From Gammaproteobacteria bacterium UBA7449 (GTDB taxonomy: Bacteria; Pseudomonadota; Gammaproteobacteria; Pseudomonadales; Pseudohongiellaceae), in NCBI GenBank assembly GCA_002477465.1, contig DLPV01000026.1, forward strand, positions 14,597-78,596: a stretch of 64,000 nt of DNA, given 5' to 3'. Below, piece by piece: positions 30,820-38,783 of the stretch (the stretch's first letter is position 1; each line of letters begins with the position of its first letter). The notes below the pieces were generated by a model. It was not told the origin of the DNA. It did not search any database and saw nothing but the letters and a program-made list of their open reading frames with translations. The position numbers and the translations under genes were made by a program.

Positions 30820-31089
30820 CTATTTGCCGCGAATCTGAACTGCGCCATTAGTAAATTCGTTATAGGCTGAGTTGCCACGAATTGTTTCAATGAGCTGAGC
30901 TGCAGTGTTAGGGTGCGCCGCATTGGCCCGCGTATTCAGAAAGAAGACTGGCACGTCGCCCAAAAAGTGGCTTAGCTCAGCCAACTAAATCAAATTTCTT
31001 GAGTCGATCTATAACCATTTCTGACCGGTTGCGGGCTCAAGCACCGTGCCTGCCCTGATGATGGCGACGTCTACTTCAATAGTGTTCAT
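30820..31089 (-). pseudogene. Decayed small ORF (89 codons) interrupted by two in-frame TAG codons
   Basis: GGAG-ATG start at 31089. A single frame reads MNTIEVDVAIIRAGTVLEPATGQKWL*IDSRNLI*LAELSHFLGDVPVFFLNTRANAAHPNTAAQLIETIRGNSAYNEFTNGAVQIRGK*. Internal stops are at 31009-31011 and 30985-30987. Family not recognised. Confidence 0.35.
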
Positions 31090-31243
31090 GGGTGTTGCTC
31101 CAAAGCGTTTACGGTGTGGAATGCAGCTAGTTTAAGAGTGAATTGGACGGAAATGACACCAACCGTACGCAACCTGACACCAATCGTCGCCCGGTTTTTC
31201 GCGACCAGGCACTTTTTCTCGGCGGCATTAGTGGTTATTCTCA

Positions 31244-32152
31244 ATGCTGAATATTCAAGGATTCGAGACCATCGTGAATAAAACTTATGACGTTCCCTAT
31301 ATGGAGCGTACCCGGCTTTACTATGAGGCTCAGGGTTACTCAGAGCCTTATCTGTGGGCGCATTTCGCCACTACCCCATTTTCAGCTTTGCAAAAACCCC
31401 TGTCGGAATCCACCGTCAGCCTGATTACCACTGCTATGCCCGATACTGAACAAGGTCGCAGCGAACGCAAGCTGTATTCCAGCCTATCCACACCGGCACC
31501 AAAGACGATGTATACCCTGGGCTTGTCCTGGCATGACACGGTCACCCATACCCGGGATACCGGCAGTTTTCTGCCCATCGAGCCGCTATTGGTTGTCCAG
31601 GACGAAGGCGGCATAGGCAGCCTGGCACCGCGCTTTCATTCAGTCCCCACCGCCTATAGCCAGCGTCAGACGCTAGAAGAAGATGCGCCTGAATTATTGG
31701 AGCGACTGCAAGAGGATCAGGCTGACGTCGCCCTGCTGGTGCCGTTGTGACCCGTATGCCACCAGACCGTGAGTCTGGTTGCTCGCCACCTTGAGAGTCA
31801 CGGCATAGCCACGGTAATAATTGGCAGCGCCATGGATATTATCGAGCATGTTGGCGTACCGCGTTATTTGCACACCGATTTCCCCCTGGGTAATCCGCTT
31901 GGCAACCCCTTCGACCGAGATATGCAGTTGAGCCATACCAGTATGGCGCTGGAACTGCTGCGATCCGCAAGCGAGGCAAACACAATTCAGCGCTCGCCTT
32001 ACAGCTGGGATGGCGATCCAGGCTGGCGCGATGATTACTCGAAAGTCACCAATGAGAATCGCGCAGAGTTGGCACAAGCCGGCGAAGCCCGTCGAGCCCT
32101 GCAGACTGAAATGAAGAAACTCAACCCAAGGCAGCTGATACCAAACCCCTGA
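31244..32152 (+). CDS. GrdB/PrdB-family (glycine/sarcosine/betaine/D-proline reductase selenoprotein B-like) protein; candidate selenoprotein with UGA(Sec) at 31748-31750
   Basis: Tracked ORFs 31244-31750 and 31769-32152 are in the same frame, separated only by TGA. The joined protein reads ..ADVALLVPL-U-PVCHQTVSLVARHLESHGIATVIIG...DFPLGNPLGNPFD. This matches my recollection of the LVP(V/L)(C/U)PxC ... FPLGxPLGxP pattern of proteobacterial GRDB-domain proteins. A SECIS-like hairpin follows. Confidence 0.65.
31758..31782 (+). promoter_or_regulatory. SECIS-like stem-loop downstream of the in-frame UGA
   Basis: GCCACCAGAC-CGUGA-GUCUGGUUGC: 6 perfect bp (31762-31767/31773-31778), then A-U, one C/U mismatch and 2 GC pairs. 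The 5-nt apical loop contains GU and starts 17 nt after the UGA. Confidence 0.55.
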
Positions 32153-32193
32153 TATCAACTGCAAATAATTGAAACGAACAACGAGAGGCCACT

Positions 32194-33063
32194 ATGAAAA
32201 CAACAAAATTCTTCCTCGGCAGTGTTCTAACGGGAGTCATTATCATTCAAAGCGCGCTGACTCAAGCCCAGGGCGTGCGCATGTACAATACGGTCAAGAC
32301 CAAGCTCATGGCGGGAGAGCAGGTAGTTGGAGGCACCGTCGAAACTGCAGACCCGGATATCTACTGCGCTATGGCTAATGCCGGCTTCGATTTCATCTGG
32401 ATCGAGATGCAACACAGCCCCCTGTCCTTTAGCGAGGTCGCGCGCATGATCTGGGCCTGCCGCGATGCGCCAGCTATTCCCTTCATCCGCGTGCCTGATG
32501 ACTCCGAAGGCGCTATTCAGAAGGCAACCGATATCGGTGCTCTTGGCATTATAGTCCCCATGGTTGATACCCCGGAGAAAATGGAAAATGCCGTGCGCCA
32601 CGCCAAGTATCCCCCAGCCGGCAGGCGCAGTCAGGGCGGTGGCCAATATGGGCGCCTCTGGGGACGCGACTATCGCCAGACCTGGAATGACAACGTCATG
32701 ATTATGGCCATGATCGAAACCCTGGAGGGAACTGAGGCATCAGCTGCTATCGCAGCGGTGGATGGCGTGGATGGCATGTTCGTTGCCAGTGGCGATTTGG
32801 GCAGCTTTAGCGGCACGCGCCAGGGGGATCGGGAATATGAAGCCCTGGTGACTCAAATCAAGCAAGAGACCGAGGCGGCCGGCAAATTTGTCGGCGGCCC
32901 CTCTGCCTGGATGTCTGCGCGGGACGGCTACGATTTTTTTCAAGCTCCCAGCACCAGCAGCCTGATTCGGATTGGCGCGAGACTGACTCTGGAGCAAGCC
33001 GACCCCTGTCGGTTCCTGCCTTCCGGTGCAACACCAGTGGAAGGTGAGAACCCCTGCCCCTGA
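32194..33063 (+). CDS. HpcH/HpaI-family aldolase with N-terminal Sec-type signal peptide
   Basis: Signal-like N-terminus (MKTTKFFLGSVLTGVIIIQSALTQAQG) followed by the HpcH/HpaI core (GFDFIWIEMQHSP, IRVP, GIIVPMV). Confidence 0.7.
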   Translation: MKTTKFFLGSVLTGVIIIQSALTQAQGVRMYNTVKTKLMAGEQVVGGTVETADPDIYCAMANAGFDFIWIEMQHSPLSFSEVARMIWACRDAPAIPFIRVPDDSEGAIQKATDIGALGIIVPMVDTPEKMENAVRHAKYPPAGRRSQGGGQYGRLWGRDYRQTWNDNVMIMAMIETLEGTEASAAIAAVDGVDGMFVASGDLGSFSGTRQGDREYEALVTQIKQETEAAGKFVGGPSAWMSARDGYDFFQAPSTSSLIRIGARLTLEQADPCRFLPSGATPVEGENPCP

Positions 33064-33088
33064 AAGCCAAAACCCGGTGCTGGTCGCC

Positions 33089-34372
33089 TCAGGGTTGGGG
33101 CACCCTATTACCGGCAATGTAGACGGTTTCGATGGTCTTGGTATTGGCAATATCAACCGCGGGATTGGCGGTGAGAATGCTGAAGTCTGCCCAGCGGCCA
33201 GGCTCCAGAGTCCCGATATCAGACATCCCGATGCAGTCAGCCGCGACTCCTGTCGCCGAGCGAATAACGTCTAAGGGGCTCATACCCGCATCCGCCATCA
33301 GCTGCAGTTCCATGTGTTCAAAATAACCCTGGAAACGGGCTGGCGGACCGGTATCTGTTCCCATGGCGATCGGAATGTCCGCCGCATGCAGCGCACCCAC
33401 ATTGGCTAGCGCCACTTCCAGCCCCGCCTTATAGGCCTGGGCAGCGCGACTATTGGCCATACGCGACATCCGTTCCGGTGTCTGCAATTGTGCCATGACT
33501 TGCGGATCTGCCTCTTTCAGAAAATAAGGATCAGAAAAGAACTCTGGCACATCTTCATACACAAAAGTGGACACTTCACGGGTCAGGGTAGGGATATAGC
33601 AAACGCCCTGCTCTGCCACCGCCGCAATGAATTCCCTGTCCACTGGCAAATCCCTGATGCTGTGAGCGATCAGGTCTGCTCCAACTTCCAGCATATACTT
33701 GGCATCATCGAGGTAAAACAGATGGACAGCGACTGGCAGTCGTCGCATATGGGCCTGTTCCACTAGCGCTTCAAACAGGGGCCGCGACATTTTCTGGGTT
33801 GCACCAAGATTGTCATCAATGCGCGTCTTGATGAAATTCGCCCCCATATCGGCGTTGCGATTTACCTGGTCTCGGATTACTTGCTCGTCGGCGCCAGCGA
33901 TTACGCTGCCGGCCACAAATAGCCGGGCCCGCTGCAAACTTGAGCGATATTGTTCATTGCGCAGTGCGAAGCCCGCGGCTTCATCGCCGCCCAGACTATT
34001 GACCGTGGTTATACCGTAACGGGCGTATAAACCGAGCTGCCGCATTAGATTCTCGGTACTGTATTCACCGTTCGCATCCAGGCCATCCGTTGCACCGACA
34101 TGCCCATGGGCGTTGATCATCCCGGGCATCAGGTACTTACCGGACACATCGATCACTTCTGCCCCTTCAGGAATACTCACCGCGGCTCGGGGCCCTACAC
34201 TGCGAACCCTGCCGTCTGTCACTACCAGTACGCTATCAGGCAACGGCTCAGCATCGGTACCGTCGATAATAGTGCCGCCGATAAAGGCAATAGTGCCCTC
34301 GTTGGCGAGCACCGGATTCACACAAACAAGTGCAAAGGTGAACCAAACCAGAAGAGTTTTTTTAATTGTCAT
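33089..34372 (-). CDS. Secreted amidohydrolase-family metallohydrolase
   Basis: Signal peptide (LLVWFTFALVCVNPVLA) and metal-binding motif PGMINAHGHVG. 427 aa. Confidence 0.75.
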   Translation of the reverse strand: MTIKKTLLVWFTFALVCVNPVLANEGTIAFIGGTIIDGTDAEPLPDSVLVVTDGRVRSVGPRAAVSIPEGAEVIDVSGKYLMPGMINAHGHVGATDGLDANGEYSTENLMRQLGLYARYGITTVNSLGGDEAAGFALRNEQYRSSLQRARLFVAGSVIAGADEQVIRDQVNRNADMGANFIKTRIDDNLGATQKMSRPLFEALVEQAHMRRLPVAVHLFYLDDAKYMLEVGADLIAHSIRDLPVDREFIAAVAEQGVCYIPTLTREVSTFVYEDVPEFFSDPYFLKEADPQVMAQLQTPERMSRMANSRAAQAYKAGLEVALANVGALHAADIPIAMGTDTGPPARFQGYFEHMELQLMADAGMSPLDVIRSATGVAADCIGMSDIGTLEPGRWADFSILTANPAVDIANTKTIETVYIAGNRVPQP

Positions 34373-34537
34373 GGTGGAGACCTCCTGCTGCTATTGGAGT
34401 AGATTTAGCCGCGGTTTTCAAGCAAGGTTCAGCTTGAGCAACAAGTATCTCAATAACTGTGGTGGCGGCGCATACAATCCTTATAACAGCCGCAACTTCC
34501 AGATGCGCTACCTTTTCCTGATTCAAGCCAATTAAAC

Positions 34538-35083
34538 ATGATTGCAAACAGCTTTTTCAGCAGCGAACGAATGGAAATGCGTCACCCGGTGCCGGAGGAC
34601 GCGGCGCTGATTTTCCAAAGTTATTCGAGCCTGTTGGAAGTCACACGCTTCCTCGGCTGGCCCCGCCATCAGAGCTTGGCCGACAGCAATGCCTTCATCC
34701 GATTTTCGGATACCGAATGGGAGAATAATCACTTGGGGCCGCTCTTGTGCTTTGACAGGCAATCCGGCGAGCTCATTGGCAGCGCTGGCCTGGCCATGGA
34801 AGATCAGCGTGTCGCATCAACAGGCTGCGTGATCGCGCCCGGGTACTGGGGCCAGGGTTTTGGGACAGAATGCTTGCAGAGCATGAAAGCCTTGGCCAAC
34901 TCCATGCGATTACTGGGCTTACTGGCTTTTGTGCATCCAGAAAATTCTGCGTCAATTCGGATGATAGAAAAATGCGGATTCAAGCGTGATAGGAGCCGGG
35001 CCAAGGAGATGGTGTTTCCGAATTTGCCTGGAGCACCGGTGGTAAGAGCGGATGGTTATGGGTGGGATAGTGGGCAGTATTAG
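34538..35083 (+). CDS. GNAT-family N-acetyltransferase (RimJ/RimL-like)
   Basis: Acetyl-CoA binding region (PGYWGQGFGTECL) and the size typical of RimJ/L-like GNATs. Confidence 0.75.
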   Translation: MIANSFFSSERMEMRHPVPEDAALIFQSYSSLLEVTRFLGWPRHQSLADSNAFIRFSDTEWENNHLGPLLCFDRQSGELIGSAGLAMEDQRVASTGCVIAPGYWGQGFGTECLQSMKALANSMRLLGLLAFVHPENSASIRMIEKCGFKRDRSRAKEMVFPNLPGAPVVRADGYGWDSGQY

Positions 35084-35109
35084 GCGCTGTCTGCGGTGCT
35101 TCGCTCCTT

Positions 35110-35160
35110 TCGAACGGGCACGTGGAATCGGACGGGGAAGACACACACAAAAAAGCCCGC
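35110..35160. repeat. 51-nt direct repeat, copy 1 (distal copy of the tRNA-Arg downstream flank)
   Basis: tcgaacgggcacgtggaatcggacggggaagacacacacaaaaaagcccgc. 50/51 identical to 35275-35325. Confidence 0.9.
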
Positions 35161-35205
35161 TTCGTTCTGGAGTTAGGTAAGCTGCAGGGGCACGATTGAT
35201 TCGAA

Positions 35206-35283
35206 TTTTGGCTTAGCCAAAATCCTCACCCCGCTGGGGCAGCCTGTGGCTGTCCAAAATGCGTTCGCATTTTGTCGAACGGG
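35206..35283 (-). repeat. tRNA-linked multi-hairpin intergenic element, copy 1
   Basis: The reverse complement of 35225-35283 matches 41374-41433 (5 substitutions and 1 indel by eye). It is flanked by the perfect hairpin ttttggc-tta-gccaaaa (35206-35222). Confidence 0.8.
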
Positions 35284-35325
35284 CACGTGGAATCGGACGG
35301 GTAAGACACACACAAAAAAGCCCGC
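35275..35325. repeat. 51-nt direct repeat, copy 2 (immediately downstream of the tRNA-Arg terminator)
   Basis: tcgaacgggcacgtggaatcggacgggtaagacacacacaaaaaagcccgc. The period to copy 1 is 165 nt. Confidence 0.9.
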
Positions 35326-35341
35326 TAAAGCGGGCTTTTTT
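35314..35341 (-). terminator. Rho-independent terminator of tRNA-Arg
   Basis: aaaaaagcccgc-taaa-gcgggctttttt: a symmetric hairpin directly 3' of the tRNA. Confidence 0.8.
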
Positions 35342-35346
35342 GTGTG

Positions 35347-35423
35347 TGGCGCACCCGGCACGATTCGAACGTGCGACCCCCTAGTTCGTAGCCAGGTACT
35401 CTATCCAGCTGAGCTACGGGTGC
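35347..35423 (-). tRNA. tRNA-Arg (anticodon ACG)
   Basis: The reverse complement GCACCCGTAGCTCAGCTGGATAGAGTACCTGGCTACGAACTAGGGGGTCGCACGTTCGAATCGTGCCGGGTGCGCCA folds as a cloverleaf. It has a 7-bp acceptor stem, anticodon loop CUACGAA, T-loop TTCGAAT and an encoded CCA. It is close to E. coli tRNA-Arg(ACG). Confidence 0.95.
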
Positions 35424-35623
35424 GTAATCGATATTTCGGCCTGGTGGGCCCCAATCGAGGGCCGGTATTATAGCGAAATCCGTGATTTTTCATAGTCATA
35501 TGTGAGGCTCAGCGCATTCCTCAGTATCCTGGCTACTTGGGGTTGGATAAACTGCTAAATTAGCCAATCGGAGACGGACTCCGTGTCGTATTTACAGGTA
35601 AGTAAGAGGCAAAGGTATATACA

Positions 35624-36229
35624 ATGCGCCGACGGCAACTCATTGACCTGATTAAAAACTTTGGCCCAATTCTGCTGGCTATCGCGCTGATGTTCATAGC
35701 GACGCTGGTTTTCGCTGACTATGAAGATGGTGTTAATGCAGCATTCGCCGGTGATTTTGACACCGCATTTATTGAGTTCTCTGAAGCGGCTGAAGCCGGC
35801 CTGGACCTGGCTCAATATAACCTCGGTATCCTTTACTTCACCGGTCAGGGCGTTGATCAGGACCTGGACCTGGCCTTTAAATGGACTGAAGCCGCAGCGC
35901 ATCAGGGACATGTAGATGCCCAGGCCAATCTTGCCAGCCTCTATTTGCAAGGCATCGGCACCCCCGAAAACGAGGCGCAAGGGCTTGAATGGTTAGTTAG
36001 GGCCGCCAAAAATGGCCATGCCAACGCGGCGCTATCACTAGCAAATATATATTTTGAGGGCGATCCGGTGGAGCGCGACCTGGTGCAGGCCCACGCCTGG
36101 GCCCATATGGCTCGAGTCAATCAACATGATGAAGCCTCGGCATTCATCAGCAAGATAGAACCCCGCCTTGACCCGCAGCAACTCAGCAGCGCTCGACGAC
36201 TCTTTGCCCGGTGGCAAATAGAGAACTGA
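35624..36229 (+). CDS. Sel1-repeat (TPR-like) protein with N-terminal membrane anchor
   Basis: Repeated Sel1 motifs (AQYNLGILYFTGQGVDQD...A.KW...AA.QGH..AQ.NLA.LY..G.G) and an N-terminal TM segment (FGPILLAIALMFIATLVFA). Confidence 0.75.
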   Translation: MRRRQLIDLIKNFGPILLAIALMFIATLVFADYEDGVNAAFAGDFDTAFIEFSEAAEAGLDLAQYNLGILYFTGQGVDQDLDLAFKWTEAAAHQGHVDAQANLASLYLQGIGTPENEAQGLEWLVRAAKNGHANAALSLANIYFEGDPVERDLVQAHAWAHMARVNQHDEASAFISKIEPRLDPQQLSSARRLFARWQIEN

Positions 36230-36258
36230 TTTAGCCTGACTCTCGACTCTCAGCACTG

Positions 36259-36648
36259 GTGCTGCACAGCAATTACAATCTGCTGATGGCGCTGTTCCGC
36301 GAGGATATGTTCAGGCCGCTGATCGCAAACTGGGAGGTCGTCGCCAGCCATCTGCTGCGGCGCCTGCGAAGGCAGGTGCTTGCCTATGACAGCGAGTCGC
36401 ACAAAGCGCTCTATCAGAAGATCCTAGCGCTAAATCCACCAGAAAACCGGCAGCAGCCGGGTGAGATTGGCGAGGATGGCCCCATGCAAACAATAGACTT
36501 CAGCCTGGACGGAATCACGCTAAGTTTGTTCACGACACTAAGCCAGTTTGGAACGGCTTTGGATACTGGCATGGAAGAATTACTTATCGAAAGCTACTTT
36601 CCTGCAAACAAGTTCAGCGAGCAGTTTTTCAGCAAATTGATCAATTAG
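36259..36648 (+). CDS. Hypothetical protein
   Basis: 129-aa ORF with a non-ATG tracked start and no recognisable motif. Its 3' end overlaps the convergent MBL gene by 8 nt. Confidence 0.3.
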   Translation: MLHSNYNLLMALFREDMFRPLIANWEVVASHLLRRLRRQVLAYDSESHKALYQKILALNPPENRQQPGEIGEDGPMQTIDFSLDGITLSLFTTLSQFGTALDTGMEELLIESYFPANKFSEQFFSKLIN

Positions 36649-37480
36649 CCGCAGCGCGCTCTGCTTCTAGCTTTTGTTCAGCCTGCCGGAGCCATAAGTC
36701 CAGGGAAGCTATCCAGCCCTCGGGATCAACAAAGGGGTGCGGATCTCCATCCTGGCGCTCGGCGAGCATATTACGACGGGCAAAGACATCTGCTGAAGAG
36801 GCGTGGTTTGGAATATTCACTTCAATGCCCGTTAGCTGCTGCATCTTTTTGATACTTTCGATATACATTTCGGTGCGCTCCACACCGCTGAAATTCAGTC
36901 CAACGCCACCAAACATAAAGGCGCTGTGGGGATAGCCGTTGTCATAGACAGTGAATAGCGTGGACAGCACGCCGGGCGTATGACCGGGTGTTTTCATAAA
37001 GCGCAGACGAGTTCGCCCCAGGTTCAGCGTGGCACCGTCACTCGCAGAGAGATGACGAATGGGCTTGGGGTAGTCGCGGTAAACTGCAGGCTCCTCTGTC
37101 ATGGCCCAGTCCTCTTCGGTCATCATGACAACAGCACTAAATTCCTGCTGGAGGCGAATAGCGCCACCAATGTGATCGAAGTGCGCATGGGAACCAATCA
37201 GGTAACGAATATCGTTGGGATCGAATCCAAGCTGCCGAATATTGTCTATCATCAGGTCAGTCAATTCTTCATACAGGGCATCAAATACAATCAATCCCTG
37301 GTCAGTGACCAGAAGCCAGGACGCAACCCAATCGACCCCAATGTAATAAAGATTGTCGAATACCTGAAATGGCTCCACACGCTGCACTTCAGGATCATGT
37401 AAATCATCATCCTGCGCCAGCGTAGCCTTAGACAGAACAAGCAAACAAATAAATACAACTGACCCGATTAGTTTACGCAT
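36641..37480 (-). CDS. Secreted metallo-beta-lactamase-fold hydrolase (subclass B3-like)
   Basis: Signal peptide (VVFICLLVLSKATLAQ) and HxHxDH motif (GSHAHFDHIGG). Confidence 0.75.
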   Translation of the reverse strand: MRKLIGSVVFICLLVLSKATLAQDDDLHDPEVQRVEPFQVFDNLYYIGVDWVASWLLVTDQGLIVFDALYEELTDLMIDNIRQLGFDPNDIRYLIGSHAHFDHIGGAIRLQQEFSAVVMMTEEDWAMTEEPAVYRDYPKPIRHLSASDGATLNLGRTRLRFMKTPGHTPGVLSTLFTVYDNGYPHSAFMFGGVGLNFSGVERTEMYIESIKKMQQLTGIEVNIPNHASSADVFARRNMLAERQDGDPHPFVDPEGWIASLDLWLRQAEQKLEAERAAAN

Positions 37481-37608
37481 AATATTCCTTGAACCATCAA
37501 TCCTGGGGTTAGCCTGAGACTGACACTAATATTCTATGGGCTCTGGCGATCAATCCTGGGCTGCGCCAAAGCGTTACTATTCCAGATTTAGTAAACGCTG
37601 ATTGCCAC

Positions 37609-38775
37609 TTAATAGGAACGCGGCAATCCTAATTCGTGCTCCGAAATAAAATTCAGAATCATCTCCTGTGAGATTGGAGCCAGTTTCATCAGGCGCGCCT
37701 CTCGCCAGTAGCGTTCTACATGATACTCCCTGGCGTAGCCAAAACCACCGTGAGTTTGTATCGCGGCATCAGCGGCGAAAAAGCCTGCCTCGGCCGCTAA
37801 CCATTTCGCCATATTGGCTTCGGTACCGCAGGGCAACCCCTGATCAAGCTTCCAGGCTGCCTTCTGCACCATCAGTTCCGCTGCATCCAGTCGCGTTCTG
37901 GCTTCAGCCAGAGGAAACGCGATGCCCTGATTTTGCCCGATAGGCCGACCAAAAACGATTCTTTCATTAGCATAATTAACTGCGCGGCGGAGGGCCGCTC
38001 GACCAATGCCCACTGCCTCAGCAGCAATCAAAATTCGTTCCGCGTTGAGGCCATCCAGCAGATAACGAAAGCCCTGTCCCTCTTCTCCCACACGATCAGC
38101 TTCACTTACGAGGAGTTCATCATACACAACCTCGCAGGTCCTCACGGCGTTTCGCCCCAGTTTTGGGATCGGTGAAATGGAGACTTCGGGCTTGTTCAAT
38201 TCGGCAAACAACAGGGTCATACCCTCTGTCTTGCGCGCTACGCTGTCTTTGCTCTGGGTGCGAACCAGCAGCAGGACCCGCTCTGCCTCGATAGCCTTGG
38301 TTGTCCAAACTTTCCTGCCCTTAACGACATAGTTACCACCCTCGCGACGAGCGCTGGTCTCTATCGACGTTGTATCACTACCAGCATTGGGCTCAGTAAC
38401 GCCAAATGCGACCTGAAGCTTGCCAGACGCCACATCAGGCAGATAGCGGGATTTCATCGCTTCCGAACCATGTTTAATCACCGGGTGCATGCCAAACATG
38501 GAAAGATGCAAGGGTGTCGCACCATTCATCGCTGCGCCGGAGGCTGCGACCTGCTCCAGCACCACAGCAGCCTCTTGCACACCCTTGCCGGCACCACCAT
38601 AAGACTCAGGAATCGCTATTCCAATCCATCCCGCGGTTGCCATCGCATCATAAAAATCCTGGGGATACTTTCCCTCGCGATCATGGGCCTCCCAATAATC
38701 ATCAGGAAAATCGCGACAAATTCTGGCAACCGCCTCGCGAATGAGTTTGAGATCTTCAGATTCGAAAAAATCCAC
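37609..38775 (-). CDS. Acyl-CoA dehydrogenase family protein
   Basis: ACAD motifs (FGVTEPNAGSD, GGFGY..E..VERY.R). 388 aa. Confidence 0.88.
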   Translation of the reverse strand: MDFFESEDLKLIREAVARICRDFPDDYWEAHDREGKYPQDFYDAMATAGWIGIAIPESYGGAGKGVQEAAVVLEQVAASGAAMNGATPLHLSMFGMHPVIKHGSEAMKSRYLPDVASGKLQVAFGVTEPNAGSDTTSIETSARREGGNYVVKGRKVWTTKAIEAERVLLLVRTQSKDSVARKTEGMTLLFAELNKPEVSISPIPKLGRNAVRTCEVVYDELLVSEADRVGEEGQGFRYLLDGLNAERILIAAEAVGIGRAALRRAVNYANERIVFGRPIGQNQGIAFPLAEARTRLDAAELMVQKAAWKLDQGLPCGTEANMAKWLAAEAGFFAADAAIQTHGGFGYAREYHVERYWREARLMKLAPISQEMILNFISEHELGLPRSY

Positions 38776-38783
38776 AGTGAAAC

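Noticed and set aside
31769-32152. The second half of the GrdB-like gene as an independent 127-aa gene starting at GTG 31769
   Set aside because: It is in the same frame as the upstream ORF. There is no RBS, the GTG lies inside the SECIS-like hairpin, and the family motif spans the TGA. Read-through as Sec is the better model.
35173-35473. ORFs 35173-35361 (-) and 35246-35473 (+)
   Set aside because: They run through tRNA-Arg, its terminator and the 51-nt direct repeats, and have no protein-like features.
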